From contig JAWLBL010000027.1 of assembly GCA_041687695.1 (NCBI GenBank), forward strand, positions 32,001 through 96,000: a DNA stretch of 64,000 nucleotides, given 5' to 3'. The notes under the pieces were generated by a model. The model searched no databases. It saw only the letters and a list, made by a program, of their open reading frames with translations, and was not told where the DNA came from. The DNA comes from Myxococcota bacterium. GTDB lineage: Bacteria > Myxococcota_A > UBA9042 > PHBI01 > JAWLBL01. Both the position numbers and the translations under genes were made by a program. Positions 31,100-41,285 of this stretch are shown in pieces. Position 1 is the stretch's first letter, and the number at the start of each line of letters is the position of its first letter.

Positions 31100-32152
31100 T
31101 CAGCGCGCGAGCAGCGTGATGTCCGTGCGGTCGGCGCCGTCGACCGCCGGGTCGCGGCCCAGCTCGGCCGCGCGCAGGTCGGCGCGGTAGGCGTCCAGCT
31201 CGCTCGCGGCGTCGTCCGGCTCCGGCGCGTCGCCGAAGGCGCGCCGGTACAGGGCCGTGAGGACCTGCGAGGCCTGCTCGGCGGGCGCGGCATGGGGCGA
31301 CAGGCGACGCCCGAGCGCGCTGGCCGACGGCGGGCGGTCGCCGCGGCCCGACGCGAGGCACGCCTGGATGGCGTCGGCCAACCCCTTGGGCAGCTGGGGC
31401 GCCCGCTCGCTCAAGGGCGGCACGGCGGCGGCCGCGACGTTGGCCAGGGTCTCGGCGGGCGTGTCCGCCTTGAACAGGCGCGCGCCGGTGGCCAGCTCCC
31501 ACAGCACCGTCCCCAGCGCGAACAGGTCGCTGCGCGCGTCGAGCGCCTCGCCGCGGACCTGTTCGGGGCTCATGTAGGCGCGCTTGCCCTCGAGCACGCC
31601 CGCGCGCCCGGCGCCGTCGGCGTGGCGCCATGCGATGCCGAAGTCGATGAGCTTGAGCAAACCTGCGCGGCCGAGCATCAGGTTGTGGGGCGACACGTCG
31701 CGGTGCACGAGGCCCAGCGGCCGGCCGTCCGCGTCGGTCGCGTCGTGGGCGTAGGCCAGCGCCTCGGCCAGCGCGACGCCGATGGTGGCCACCTCGACGG
31801 GCGCGCACGCGGCGCCGGTCACGGCCAGGGCCGTCTGCAGCGCGGCGAGATCGCGGCCGTCGACGTACTCCCACAGCGAGCAGGGGGACCCGTGGATGAG
31901 CGCGAAGCCGAAGCCGCGCACGAGGCCTGGGTGGTCGAGCTGGCGGCCGAGGTCGGCCTCGGCGCGGAACGAGCGCAGCACGTCGGGGTCGTCGGCCAGC
32001 GAAGGCAGCAGCCGCTTGACGGCCAGGACGCGCGCGCCGTCGCCCTCGGCGCGCCGGGCCTTGAACACCTCGGCCATGCCGCCGATGGAGACGCGGCGAA
32101 GCAGCTGCAGCGGCCCGAAGTTCGGGCGGATCTCGGCGCCGGAGTCGGTCAC
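31100..32152 (-). CDS. Soluble Hanks-type Ser/Thr protein kinase
   Basis: GGMAEVF, LAVKRL, VHRDVSPHN, KLIDFGIA, GKRAYMSPEQ, SDLFALG; GTG 32152 overlaps the upstream stop. Confidence 0.9.
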   Translation of the reverse strand: MTDSGAEIRPNFGPLQLLRRVSIGGMAEVFKARRAEGDGARVLAVKRLLPSLADDPDVLRSFRAEADLGRQLDHPGLVRGFGFALIHGSPCSLWEYVDGRDLAALQTALAVTGAACAPVEVATIGVALAEALAYAHDATDADGRPLGLVHRDVSPHNLMLGRAGLLKLIDFGIAWRHADGAGRAGVLEGKRAYMSPEQVRGEALDARSDLFALGTVLWELATGARLFKADTPAETLANVAAAAVPPLSERAPQLPKGLADAIQACLASGRGDRPPSASALGRRLSPHAAPAEQASQVLTALYRRAFGDAPEPDDAASELDAYRADLRAAELGRDPAVDGADRTDITLLAR

Positions 32153-32415
32153 GGCGCGCGCCGCCGCAGCCGCGCCGCGACCAGCAACCCGAGCGCGATC
32201 ACGAGTAGGCCGCGCCCCGCCCACGCGACGCCGGGCTGCCAGGGCGGCGTCGGATCGCCCGTCGCCTGCGCGAGCTGACTCAGCGCCAGGAAGGCGAAGC
32301 CGGCGGCCACGATGACGGGACGCGCCCCCTTGCGCCGCCGCAGGGCCAGATAGGCGAAGGCCGCGGCGTGCACGAAGAAGACGGCGGACAGGGCGGCATG
32401 CAGGGCCGGGCTCAT
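32149..32415 (-). CDS. Small 3-TM membrane protein (88 aa)
   Basis: Three hydrophobic segments; fills the gap between dnaJ and the kinase, with a GTGA overlap. Confidence 0.7.
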   Translation of the reverse strand: MSPALHAALSAVFFVHAAAFAYLALRRRKGARPVIVAAGFAFLALSQLAQATGDPTPPWQPGVAWAGRGLLVIALGLLVAARLRRRAP

Positions 32416-32440
32416 GGCCCCACCCGGTGCACGCCCAGGG

Positions 32441-33487
32441 TCACAGGCCCAGCTCGCGCAGACGGTCGATCGCCTTGCGCTGCTCGCGGCTGAGCTTGTC
32501 GGGGACCGCGACGTTCAGGGTCACGAAGTGGTCGCCCTGGCCGCCGCGGTTGAGGCGCGCGACGCCCTTCTTCTTGAGCCGCACGACCGTGCCGGGCTGC
32601 GTGCCGGCAGGGATCTTCACGCGCTCGGGGCCGTGCAGCGTCTCGACCTCGAGCTCGTCGCCGAGCGCCGCCTGCGTGAAGGTGATGCTGGCCTCGGAGT
32701 GGATGTCGGCGCCGTCGCGCTGGAAGCGCTCGTGCGGCGTGACGTGGATGAAGACGTACAGGTCTCCGCGGCTGCCGTGCGCGCCGGCGGACTCGCCCTC
32801 GCCCGACACGCGCATGCGGACGCCGTCGTCGACGCCGGCGGGGATGGAGACCGAGACGTTGCGCTTGACGGTCTGGGTCCCGGCGCCGGCGCAGTCCTCG
32901 CACTTGTCCTTGACGACCCGCCCCGCGCCGCGGCAGACCGGGCAGGGGGTCTGGACCATGAAGAAGCCCTGCTGCCGGGTGACGCGGCCGCTGCCGCTGC
33001 AGGTCCCGCAGGCCGCCGGCGACGTGCCCTTCTTCGCGCCCGAGCCGTGGCAGGTGTCGCAGGCCTCGCGCCGGTGGAACTCGATGTCCTTCTTGGTGCC
33101 GAAGGCCGCCTCCTCGAGCGACAGCTCGAGGTCGTAGCGGAGATCCGCGCCGCGCGCGCGCGCCCGGGTGGCGGCGCCGCCGCCGAAGAGGTCGCCCAGG
33201 ATGTCGCCGAAGTGGCTGAAGACGTCCTCGAAGCCGCCCTGGAACCCCTCGAAGCCCTGCCCCTGCAGGCCGGCGTGGCCGAAGCGGTCGTAGGTCTGCC
33301 GCTTGTCGGGGTCGCTCAGCACCTCGTAGGCCTCGGCGCACTCCTTGAAGCGGTCCTCGGCGGCCGGGTCGTTCGGGTTGCGGTCCGGGTGGTATTGGAC
33401 CGCCATCTTGCGATAGGCGCGACGGATCTCGGCGGCGTCGGCGTCGCGCGCCACGCCCAGTACCTCGTAGTAGTCTTGCTTCGTCAT
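32441..33487 (-). CDS. dnaJ: Molecular chaperone DnaJ (class A)
   Basis: [13 protein letters not shown]-rich region, four CxxCxGxG motifs, IPAGV / GDLYV C-terminal domain. Confidence 0.96.
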   Translation of the reverse strand: MTKQDYYEVLGVARDADAAEIRRAYRKMAVQYHPDRNPNDPAAEDRFKECAEAYEVLSDPDKRQTYDRFGHAGLQGQGFEGFQGGFEDVFSHFGDILGDLFGGGAATRARARGADLRYDLELSLEEAAFGTKKDIEFHRREACDTCHGSGAKKGTSPAACGTCSGSGRVTRQQGFFMVQTPCPVCRGAGRVVKDKCEDCAGAGTQTVKRNVSVSIPAGVDDGVRMRVSGEGESAGAHGSRGDLYVFIHVTPHERFQRDGADIHSEASITFTQAALGDELEVETLHGPERVKIPAGTQPGTVVRLKKKGVARLNRGGQGDHFVTLNVAVPDKLSREQRKAIDRLRELGL

Positions 33488-33619
33488 CGCGAAAGAGCCC
33501 TGGACAATCGGTATCCCGTTTGCGTGGCGGCCCCACGACGTGACGTTGGGGGACCGGAACGTGCCCGGGGCGCCGCCCCGCTCACCCGAGGGGCCACCCT
33601 ACGCACACGCGAGGGAGCG

Positions 33620-34627
33620 TCAAGCAGGGCGATAGGCCGACAGCCCCAGGATCTCGGCGCCGCCGCGCAGCATGGTGCGCCCGAAGGTGAACAGGGAGAT
33701 GCCGAAGGCGAGGCCCGCCCAGCCGTCGGGTGTCCAGACGCCGAGCGCCGCCGGGACGAGCGGGGCGAGCAGGGTCCAGTGCAGCGGCGAGACGACCGAG
33801 GCGTCCTGGCCGCGGTGGCGCAGCAGGATGAAGCGGGCGACGGCGTCGGCGGCGAAGAGGCAGACCATGATGGAGGGCAGCAGGGCCCCCGCGCCGGCCG
33901 AGACGTAGCCGCAGGCGCTGAAGGCGATGAGCATCAGCGGCGCGAGCTCGCCGATGGGGACCCCCTTGCGCTTGACGCGCACCAGGGGCGTCACGACGGC
34001 GACGGTGTAGCCGATGATGAGCGCCACGAGCAGCGCCATGCAGGTGTTGAAGACACCCGGGGTGAAGAGCAGGGTCGCAGGCTCGTCGGCGGCGAAGATG
34101 ACGACCTCGAGCAGGACCACGAGGCTGAGGCCCTCGATCTGGCTGGCCGCGGGGATGACCAGGAACCCGGTGCGGTACTGCTCCCAGAAGGTCAGCATGA
34201 AGCCGATGGCGCCCATGACCATGAGCAGCGCCATCCAGATGCCGTCGATGCGCAGGATGAAGGCCGCCGTGAGCAGGATGGCGCCGCTGGCGATGCCGTC
34301 GAGGCCGTGGTCGAGGAACTCGCCGAGCGGGCTGCACTGGCCGGTGCGGCGGGCGTGGGCCCCGTCGACGTTGTCCGCCGTCAGGTAGGCGAGCAGGAGG
34401 ACGCCGCTGACCAGGTACAGGGCCGGCATCCCGCCGGTCGCCGCCCACGCGGTGACGGCGGCGAAGATGCCGCAGACCTGGCCGGCCAGGGTGATGGCGT
34501 TCGGGGCGACCCAGGCCGGAATCACCTCGACGAGGCGGTCCCAGAACAGGCGCTTGTAGAAGTGGAGGAGGAGCTCGCGGTCCTCGACCTTGTAGGCGGC
34601 GGGCTTGTTCGTGTTCGGCGTGCTCAT
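33620..34627 (-). CDS. CDP-alcohol phosphatidyltransferase resembling eukaryotic choline/ethanolamine phosphotransferases (CEPT/EPT)
   Basis: YKVED...FWDRLVEVIPAWVAPNAITLAG; signature DNVDGAHARRTGQCSPLGEFLDHGLD; FWEQYRTGFL; many TM segments; GAGGA SD before ATG 34627. Confidence 0.88.
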   Translation of the reverse strand: MSTPNTNKPAAYKVEDRELLLHFYKRLFWDRLVEVIPAWVAPNAITLAGQVCGIFAAVTAWAATGGMPALYLVSGVLLLAYLTADNVDGAHARRTGQCSPLGEFLDHGLDGIASGAILLTAAFILRIDGIWMALLMVMGAIGFMLTFWEQYRTGFLVIPAASQIEGLSLVVLLEVVIFAADEPATLLFTPGVFNTCMALLVALIIGYTVAVVTPLVRVKRKGVPIGELAPLMLIAFSACGYVSAGAGALLPSIMVCLFAADAVARFILLRHRGQDASVVSPLHWTLLAPLVPAALGVWTPDGWAGLAFGISLFTFGRTMLRGGAEILGLSAYRPA

Positions 34628-34814
34628 GGCGGGTCCTCGTCGGACGGGCCACCGGCGGCCCTCGGCAGGCATCCTTTAGAATGGACGCGCCGCCGTGTCC
34701 AGAGGGCCCGGCGCGGCGCGAGAGACGGGCTGAAGTCGAGTCGGCGTGGGGGCTTGGCCCGAGCGGGGGCCGGCCGCTATAGTGCGCGCCCTTTGGCGGG
34801 ATGGAGGCCGGTCG

Positions 34815-37727
34815 ATGCGGAGAGTTGGGCGAGCGTGGCGGACGGGACTCGTGGCGCTCGCGCTGGCGACGTGGCTCGGCGGGTGCGGGGACGGCGCGAC
34901 CGGGGGCGGTGACGCCGACGCGGTCGAGGACGTCGAGCAGGACACCAAGGGCGAAGAGGTCGACGCGGGCGACGACACGCAGGACGCGGGAGACGACGCG
35001 CAGGACGCGGGCGACGACGCGCAGGACGCGGGCGACGACGCAGGGCCCGACGCCGACCCCGACTCGGAGGGCGACGCCCAGGACGCCTCGCCCGACGTGG
35101 TGGACGTCGACGACGCGACGGACGTGGACGACGTCGACGACGCCGGACCGGACGGGGACGACGACGCCGAGGTGGTGGACGCCGGGGACGACGTTGACGC
35201 CGGCCAGGACGCCGAGGCCGACGTCGCGGTGGATGTCGAGCCGCCGCCCGAGTGCGAGGCCGACGCCGACTGCGCCGGGACCCCGGGCACGGGGCCGTGC
35301 AGGCCGGCGGTGTGCCTCGAGGGCGTCTGCGCCGCGGGCGAGGCGCTCGCCGACGGGTCCGAGTGCGACGACGGCAACGCCTGCAGCCTGGGCGACACCT
35401 GCAAGGCGGGCAAGTGCGGCGGGACGTCGGCCCTGACCTGCAACGACGACAACCCGTGCACCGACGACTCGTGCCAGCCGGCCAAGGGCTGCGTCTACAA
35501 GAACAACTTCGCCGCCTGCGACGACGGCGACGCCTGCACGGTGGGCGACGCGTGCCTGGGGGGCGCGTGCATCAGCGGTCCGCAAGCCTGTGACGACGGC
35601 AACCCCTGCACGACCGATCAGTGCGACCCGCAGACCGGGGCCTGCACGAACCTCGCGGACGACGCCCTGCCCTGCTCGGACGGCAGCGCGTGCACGTTGG
35701 GAGACGCGTGCGTGGCCGGCGCGTGCGTGCCGGGCGCGGCCAACGGCTGCGACGACGGCAACCCGTGCACGGGCGACAGCTGCGTCGGCGGGACGACCTG
35801 CCAGAACGCGGACCTGAACAACGTGCCCTGCGACGACGGCGAGCCGTGCACCGCGACGGACCTGTGCAAGGCCGGCGTGTGCGCCGGCGGTCCGGCGACC
35901 GTCTGCGACGACGGCAACCCGTGCACGGCCGACGAGTGCGTGGACGGGCAGGGCTGCCAGCACACCGTGCTGGTCGGCGCCGCGTGCGACGACGGCGACG
36001 CCTGCACCGAAGGCGACCAGTGCGCCGCCGACGGCCAGTGCGTGGCGGGCCAGGCCATCGCCTGCGACGACGCGAACCCCTGCACCCAGGACGCCTGCGA
36101 CCCCGCCGTGGGGTGCGTCTTCACGCCGGCCGAGGCGGTGTGCGACGACGGCAGCGCGTGCACCGAGGCCGACGCCTGCGTGGACGGCGAGTGCGTCGGC
36201 GAGGCCCTGGACTGCGACGACGCCAACGCGTGCACGCTGGACACCTGCGACCCGCTGGTCGGCTGCGAGCACCTTCCGACGCCCGGCGTCCCGTGCGAGG
36301 ACGGCGACGCCTGCACCGAGGGCGACCTGTGCTCGGCGCAGGGCCAGTGCGTGTCCGGTGAGGCGGTGGCCTGCGAGGACGACAACGCGTGCACCGAGGA
36401 CGCCTGCGACCCGGCCGTCGGCTGCACGTTCACGCCGCTGGACGTGGCCTGCGACGACGGGTCCGCGTGCACCGAGGGCGACACCTGCGTCGCCGGCGAG
36501 TGCGTCGGCGCGGCCCTGGACTGCGACGACGACGACGTCTGCACCCAGGACGCCTGCGACCCGGAGACGGGCTGCGAGCACCTGTCGCTGGTCGACGACT
36601 GCGACGACGGCGTCGGCTGCACGGTCGACACCTGCGACCCGGTGACGGGCTGCTCGAGCGCGGTGTCGGACGCCGCCTGCGGCGAGGGGGAGCGCTGCGA
36701 CCCCGAGCTGGACTGCGTCGACGCGACCGCGCTGGTGATGGTCTCGCGCGTCCTGCTGCTGCCGGCGGACGGCGGCGACGAGGGCGTCGGCCAGTGGATC
36801 GAGCTGGTCAACGTCGGCACGACGGCGGTCGATCTGGGCACGCTGGTGCTGACCAACGCCGCGGGCGTCCAGGCGATGGTCCATCCGTTGGGCGACGACC
36901 CGCTCGCGCCGATCGTCCTCGAGCCCGGCGAGCGCCTCGCCGGCTTCGACGCCGGCGGCGCCGACTCCGTCGACCCGGCGGACTTCGGCTTCACCTATGG
37001 CGTGGCCGACGACGCGTTCTGGCTGGATCCGGCGGGCGATCTGCTGCTGGTCGGGCTGCCCGACGAGGCGCCGATGGACCTCCTGCCGCTCGAGCCGACG
37101 GTCGGCGACGCGCTCGAGCCCGGCGCCCTGCCGATGGCGGTCGGCTACCCGACCGCGCTGGACGCGGCGGCCTTGGCGCTGGGCTGGCCGACGGCCAACG
37201 ACTCGGGCGACGCCTGGTGCGTCCTGCTGCCCCAGCTCGAGGCGCAGGTCGCGGCCGAGGCGCCCGACTGCGCCCGCGCGGTCTTGAACGAGGTCGCGCT
37301 GGCCGGCCCCGACGGCGCCCGCTGGATCGAGGTCCATCTGCCGGCGGGCGGCTGGGCCGACGGGCTGCGCGTGCGCGTGCTCGACGCCGACGGCGCGTCG
37401 CTGGGTGAGCACAAGCTCGACGGCCGGGTCAGCCCTGGCGACGCCAAGGCGCTGGTGGACGGCGAGCTGGGCGCGGACCTGCCGACGCTGACCGACGGCG
37501 CGGTGCAGCTGTGGCGCGACGGCGCGCTGCTGGACGTGGTCGGCTTCGGGACCCTGAACGCCTCGGTGGACGGCCAGGACGGTCAGCCGCTGTTCGAGGG
37601 GGCGGCGCTGCCGGCCCTGACGCCCGAGGCGGGGCTGGCGCGTGTCGTCGACGGCGTCGACACCGACGACAACGAGGCCGACTGGCAGTCGACGGCTGAC
37701 GGCACGCCGGGGACGCTGGCGGACTGA
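34815..37727 (+). CDS. Large acidic Cys-rich repeat lipoprotein with two C-terminal lamin-tail-like domains (970 aa)
   Basis: Lipobox LGGC; Asp-rich linker; >15 CDDGxxCTxDxC repeats (Dictyostelium CTDC-like); QWIELVN and LNEV...RWIEV lamin-tail-like motifs; DGVDTDDNEADW...TPG end. Confidence 0.85.
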   Translation: MRRVGRAWRTGLVALALATWLGGCGDGATGGGDADAVEDVEQDTKGEEVDAGDDTQDAGDDAQDAGDDAQDAGDDAGPDADPDSEGDAQDASPDVVDVDDATDVDDVDDAGPDGDDDAEVVDAGDDVDAGQDAEADVAVDVEPPPECEADADCAGTPGTGPCRPAVCLEGVCAAGEALADGSECDDGNACSLGDTCKAGKCGGTSALTCNDDNPCTDDSCQPAKGCVYKNNFAACDDGDACTVGDACLGGACISGPQACDDGNPCTTDQCDPQTGACTNLADDALPCSDGSACTLGDACVAGACVPGAANGCDDGNPCTGDSCVGGTTCQNADLNNVPCDDGEPCTATDLCKAGVCAGGPATVCDDGNPCTADECVDGQGCQHTVLVGAACDDGDACTEGDQCAADGQCVAGQAIACDDANPCTQDACDPAVGCVFTPAEAVCDDGSACTEADACVDGECVGEALDCDDANACTLDTCDPLVGCEHLPTPGVPCEDGDACTEGDLCSAQGQCVSGEAVACEDDNACTEDACDPAVGCTFTPLDVACDDGSACTEGDTCVAGECVGAALDCDDDDVCTQDACDPETGCEHLSLVDDCDDGVGCTVDTCDPVTGCSSAVSDAACGEGERCDPELDCVDATALVMVSRVLLLPADGGDEGVGQWIELVNVGTTAVDLGTLVLTNAAGVQAMVHPLGDDPLAPIVLEPGERLAGFDAGGADSVDPADFGFTYGVADDAFWLDPAGDLLLVGLPDEAPMDLLPLEPTVGDALEPGALPMAVGYPTALDAAALALGWPTANDSGDAWCVLLPQLEAQVAAEAPDCARAVLNEVALAGPDGARWIEVHLPAGGWADGLRVRVLDADGASLGEHKLDGRVSPGDAKALVDGELGADLPTLTDGAVQLWRDGALLDVVGFGTLNASVDGQDGQPLFEGAALPALTPEAGLARVVDGVDTDDNEADWQSTADGTPGTLAD
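34962..35043 (+). repeat. In-frame 21-bp tandem repeat x4 (DAGDDAQ)
   Basis: GACGCGGGCGACGAC(A/G)CGCAG units starting at 34962, 34983, 35004 and 35025. Confidence 0.85.
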
Positions 37728-37782
37728 GGCGCCGAGACGCGGGCGGGGCCCAGGTGGCCCGCCCGCGGCTCCGCGTCAGCCG

Positions 37783-38682
37783 CTACTCGTCGCCCTTGCT
37801 GGTGAACCGGTCCTCGCGGTTCTTGAACAGCACGTTGAAGGTCGTCAGGCTGCCGTAGCAGCGGCTGATGTACTGCTGCAGCTCGACCTTCTCGCCGTCG
37901 GCCAGGCTCGGGTTGGCGTTGATCTTCTGCTCGAGCACGCGCAGACGGTCACGCAGCATGACGATCTTGTGGAAGAACGTCTTGATGGGCAGCGTGACCT
38001 CCTTCAGATCGTCGTCGCCGGGCTGGAGGATGAGGTTGCCGTCCTCCCACTTGCGGCCGATCTCGACCTCCTCGAGGCCGATGTGCTGCTCGACGAGGTC
38101 GACGAGGATGGCTCCCAGGGTCTGACGATCCAAGCTGGCTCCTGCGGGGGCGCCCGAGGCGCCCGAGGCCGACGAGAAGAGGGTCCGGGTCACCTGATCG
38201 GTGCTCTCGGACTCGGTGACGACGCGCGCGCCGGTGACCGGGGAGCGCTGCGGCGGCGCGGAGAAGGCCGCGGGGCGCTCGGCCGGCCGGGAAGGCGTCA
38301 GCACCGGATCGTCGTCGTCGTCGTCGTCGTCGACGCGCCGGCGCCGAACGACCGAGGCGTGGGGCGGCGTCACCGGGCCGGGGCGCCCGGGCCGCCGGCC
38401 GGGGCTGAAGCCGCCGGACGGGATGCCGCCCCCGCCCGTCGACGCCGCGACGCGGGGCGACGGCTGCGAGGTCGACTGCGTCAGGGCGGAAAAGCCTGGC
38501 AGCGCCCGGTACTCGCCGCACGCGTAGTCGGTCGCCTCGCGCGAGCCGTTGCGCGGGTAGATCTTGCAGTGCCCATAGACGTCGGGCGGCTCGCCGAAGT
38601 CCGAACGGAAGTGTTCGCAGGCGCTGCAGCGCCCGTCCTTGCGCCAGTCGGTGGCGATGGCGTCGTCGTGGGTCTCGCTCAT
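37783..38682 (-). CDS. Conserved hypothetical protein: 4-Cys N-terminal domain, disordered linker, helical C-terminal domain
   Basis: CSACEHF...GHCKIYP...ACGEY; Asp7 run; FFHKIVMLRDRLRVLEQKIN...LQQYISRCYGSLTTFNVLF. Confidence 0.8.
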   Translation of the reverse strand: MSETHDDAIATDWRKDGRCSACEHFRSDFGEPPDVYGHCKIYPRNGSREATDYACGEYRALPGFSALTQSTSQPSPRVAASTGGGGIPSGGFSPGRRPGRPGPVTPPHASVVRRRRVDDDDDDDDPVLTPSRPAERPAAFSAPPQRSPVTGARVVTESESTDQVTRTLFSSASGASGAPAGASLDRQTLGAILVDLVEQHIGLEEVEIGRKWEDGNLILQPGDDDLKEVTLPIKTFFHKIVMLRDRLRVLEQKINANPSLADGEKVELQQYISRCYGSLTTFNVLFKNREDRFTSKGDE

Positions 38683-38855
38683 GGGGCGGCAAACTAATCC
38701 CGCCCCCGCGCGCGGGCAAGCGCGTGGCCGACTATGTGCGCCTGGGGACCGCGTGGGGGGCGGCGCGTGGGCAGCGCGAGGGCCCGCAGGGGCGCGCGGA
38801 GCCTTTGAATGCTACAGGTTGACGCTGTCATGGGCGTATGACATAGGGCCACGCC

Positions 38856-40916
38856 ATGTCACGCCGCATGCAGATCATCCGAAACATCGGCATCATGGCC
38901 CACATCGATGCCGGCAAGACCACCGTGTCCGAGCGCCTGCTCTTCGTGACCGGCCGAGGCCACAAGATCGGCGAGGTCCACGATGGCGAGGCCACGATGG
39001 ACTGGATGGTGCAGGAGCGCGAGCGGGGCATCACCATCACCAGCGCGGTGACCACCTTCGAGTGGAGCGGCCACGAGATCCACCTCATCGACACGCCCGG
39101 CCACGTGGACTTCACCATCGAGGTCTCGCGCTCGCTGCGGGTGCTCGACGGGGCCGTGGCGGTCTTCGACGCGGTGGCCGGCGTCGAGCCGCAGACCGAG
39201 ACGGTCTGGCGCCAGGCCGACCGCTACCGCGTGCCGCGCCTCGGGTTCGTCAACAAGATGGACCGCATCGGCGCGAACTTCGAGCGCTGCCTCAAGATGA
39301 TGGAGCAGCGCTTCGGCGAGCACTGCGCGCCGGCCCAGATCCCCATCGGGGCCGAGGGCGACTTCCGCGGCTGCGTCGACCTCGTCAAGCAGGTCGCCTA
39401 CATCTGGCACGGTCACGACGACCCCAAGGGCTTCACCGAGGAGCCCATCCCGGCGGACATGGCCGACGAGGCGGCCCTCGCGCGCGAGACCCTGCTCGAG
39501 CGCATCGCGCTGGCCGACGAGGACTTCGCCATGAAGTACCTCGAGGACTCGGACAGCCTGACGGCCGAGGAGATCGGCGCCGCCATCCGCGGTGCCACCA
39601 TCGCCGGCAAGCTGGTCCCGGTCCTGTGCGGCTCCGCCCTGCGCAACAAGGGCATCCCGCCGCTGCTCGACGCCATCGTCGCGTGGCTGCCCTCGCCGCT
39701 GGACGTGCCCGAGATCGAGGGCACCGACACCCGCACGGGCCAGCCGGCGCGTCGCCCGCACGATCCGAAGGCGCCGCTGTCGGGCCTCGCCTACAAGGTC
39801 GCGGTCATGGAGGACGGGCGGCGCATGGTCTTCGTGCGCCTGTACTCGGGCACGCTGAGCGCGGGCGACGACCTCCTCAACCCGGCGCTGGGCATCAAGG
39901 AGAAGGTCTCGCGCATCTTCCTGATGCACGCGAACCACCGCGAGCGGAAGGACCGCATCGAGGCCGGCAACATCTTCGGCGTGCTGGGCCTGAAGAAGAC
40001 GCGCACGGGCGACACCCTGTGCGCCCCGGACGCGCCCATCCTGCTCGAGTCCATCGACGCCTACGAGCCTGTCATCAGCCAGGCCATCGAGCCGGCGACG
40101 CTGCGCGAGAAGGAGAAGCTCGAGGAGACGCTGACCAAGCTGGCGGACGAGGATCCGACCTTCCGCTGGCGCGAGGACGAGGGCACGGGCCAGACCATCA
40201 TCAGCGGCATGGGCGAGCTCCACCTGGACATCCTGACCGACCGCGTCAAGCGCGAGTTCGGCGTCGAGGTGCGTATCGGCCGTCCGCAGGTCGTCTTCCG
40301 CGAGACCATCACCGGCAAGAGCCAGGTCGAGGAGGTCTTCGAGCGCGCCGAGGGCGCCGAGCACATCTTCGGGGCCGTGCGCCTGTCGGTCGCGCCGAGA
40401 GAGCGCGGCGCCGGCAACACCATCGTCTGGCGCTTCCCGTCGCCCGAGATGCCGCCCGAGACGGTGGCCTGGCTGAACGACGGCATCCGCAAGGCGGTCG
40501 ACGAGGGCATCAAGCAGGGCTTCGCGAGCGGCCCCGTGCAGGGCTACCCGGTCGACGACGTCGAGGTCACGGTGCGCTGGCTCGACCACCGCGAGGGCGT
40601 GACGAAGCCGGTGGGCTACACGATCGCGGCCTCGACCGCGATGCGGCGCGCCATGCGCGAGGCGACCGCCGTCCTGCTGTCGCCCATCGGCAACGTCGAG
40701 GTGGCGACCCCGCCCGAGTACACGGGCGAGATCATCGGCAGCATCAACCAGCGGCGCGGCCGGATCGAGAGCATGGAGGAGACCTCTCCGCAGCTGTCGA
40801 CCATCAAGGCCTCCGTGGCGATCGAGCAGATGTTCGGCTACGCGACCGAGCTGCGCTCGCTGTCGCAGGGCCGCGCCTCGTTCACGATGACCTTCAGCCA
40901 CTACGACAAGCTCTGA
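38856..40916 (+). CDS. fusA: Elongation factor G, stand-alone paralogue
   Basis: [69 protein letters not shown]; no rpsL/rpsG/tuf nearby. Confidence 0.93.
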   Translation: MSRRMQIIRNIGIMAHIDAGKTTVSERLLFVTGRGHKIGEVHDGEATMDWMVQERERGITITSAVTTFEWSGHEIHLIDTPGHVDFTIEVSRSLRVLDGAVAVFDAVAGVEPQTETVWRQADRYRVPRLGFVNKMDRIGANFERCLKMMEQRFGEHCAPAQIPIGAEGDFRGCVDLVKQVAYIWHGHDDPKGFTEEPIPADMADEAALARETLLERIALADEDFAMKYLEDSDSLTAEEIGAAIRGATIAGKLVPVLCGSALRNKGIPPLLDAIVAWLPSPLDVPEIEGTDTRTGQPARRPHDPKAPLSGLAYKVAVMEDGRRMVFVRLYSGTLSAGDDLLNPALGIKEKVSRIFLMHANHRERKDRIEAGNIFGVLGLKKTRTGDTLCAPDAPILLESIDAYEPVISQAIEPATLREKEKLEETLTKLADEDPTFRWREDEGTGQTIISGMGELHLDILTDRVKREFGVEVRIGRPQVVFRETITGKSQVEEVFERAEGAEHIFGAVRLSVAPRERGAGNTIVWRFPSPEMPPETVAWLNDGIRKAVDEGIKQGFASGPVQGYPVDDVEVTVRWLDHREGVTKPVGYTIAASTAMRRAMREATAVLLSPIGNVEVATPPEYTGEIIGSINQRRGRIESMEETSPQLSTIKASVAIEQMFGYATELRSLSQGRASFTMTFSHYDKL

Positions 40917-41144
40917 GCGGGTCACATCGGCCCCGCAGGGCGCGCGTTGCCGGTCAGATGGTTGACCCTCGGCCGCGCGTGTCTCATATCGCATTCGTCG
41001 GGCGCGCTCACACGCGCGCTCGGCCGCCTCGCCCCGCCCGTGCCCCGGACCCGACCGGCGGCCCCGCGCGGCGCCCCCGAGGCCCCGTCTCCCCAGGCTC
41101 CTCGCGGTCCGTCGCGAAAGCGACGCCGGTCAAGCGTTTTCAGT

Positions 41145-41172
41145 TTGACATGCGGAGAGCCCGCTCCATATT
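41145..41172 (+). promoter_or_regulatory. Candidate sigma70 promoter of the FYDLN gene
   Basis: Perfect TTGACA, 16 bp, then CATATT. Confidence 0.5.
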
Positions 41173-41285
41173 CAGGCAGAGCGTAGTTGGTCACCGGAGC
41201 TGTCCGGGCGCCGCTCACGCACGCCGACGTTGCACCAATCTGGGCCCCTGGCCCCTCGTTGAATCGATGCCGTTGGGTGATTGCC

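Noticed and set aside
41128..41141. 14-nt match GGTCAAGCGTTTTC to the long inverted repeat (54485-54498)
   Set aside because: The flanks do not align. A single 14-mer hit is compatible with chance in 64 kb and contains a generic reverse TTGACC promoter-like hexamer.
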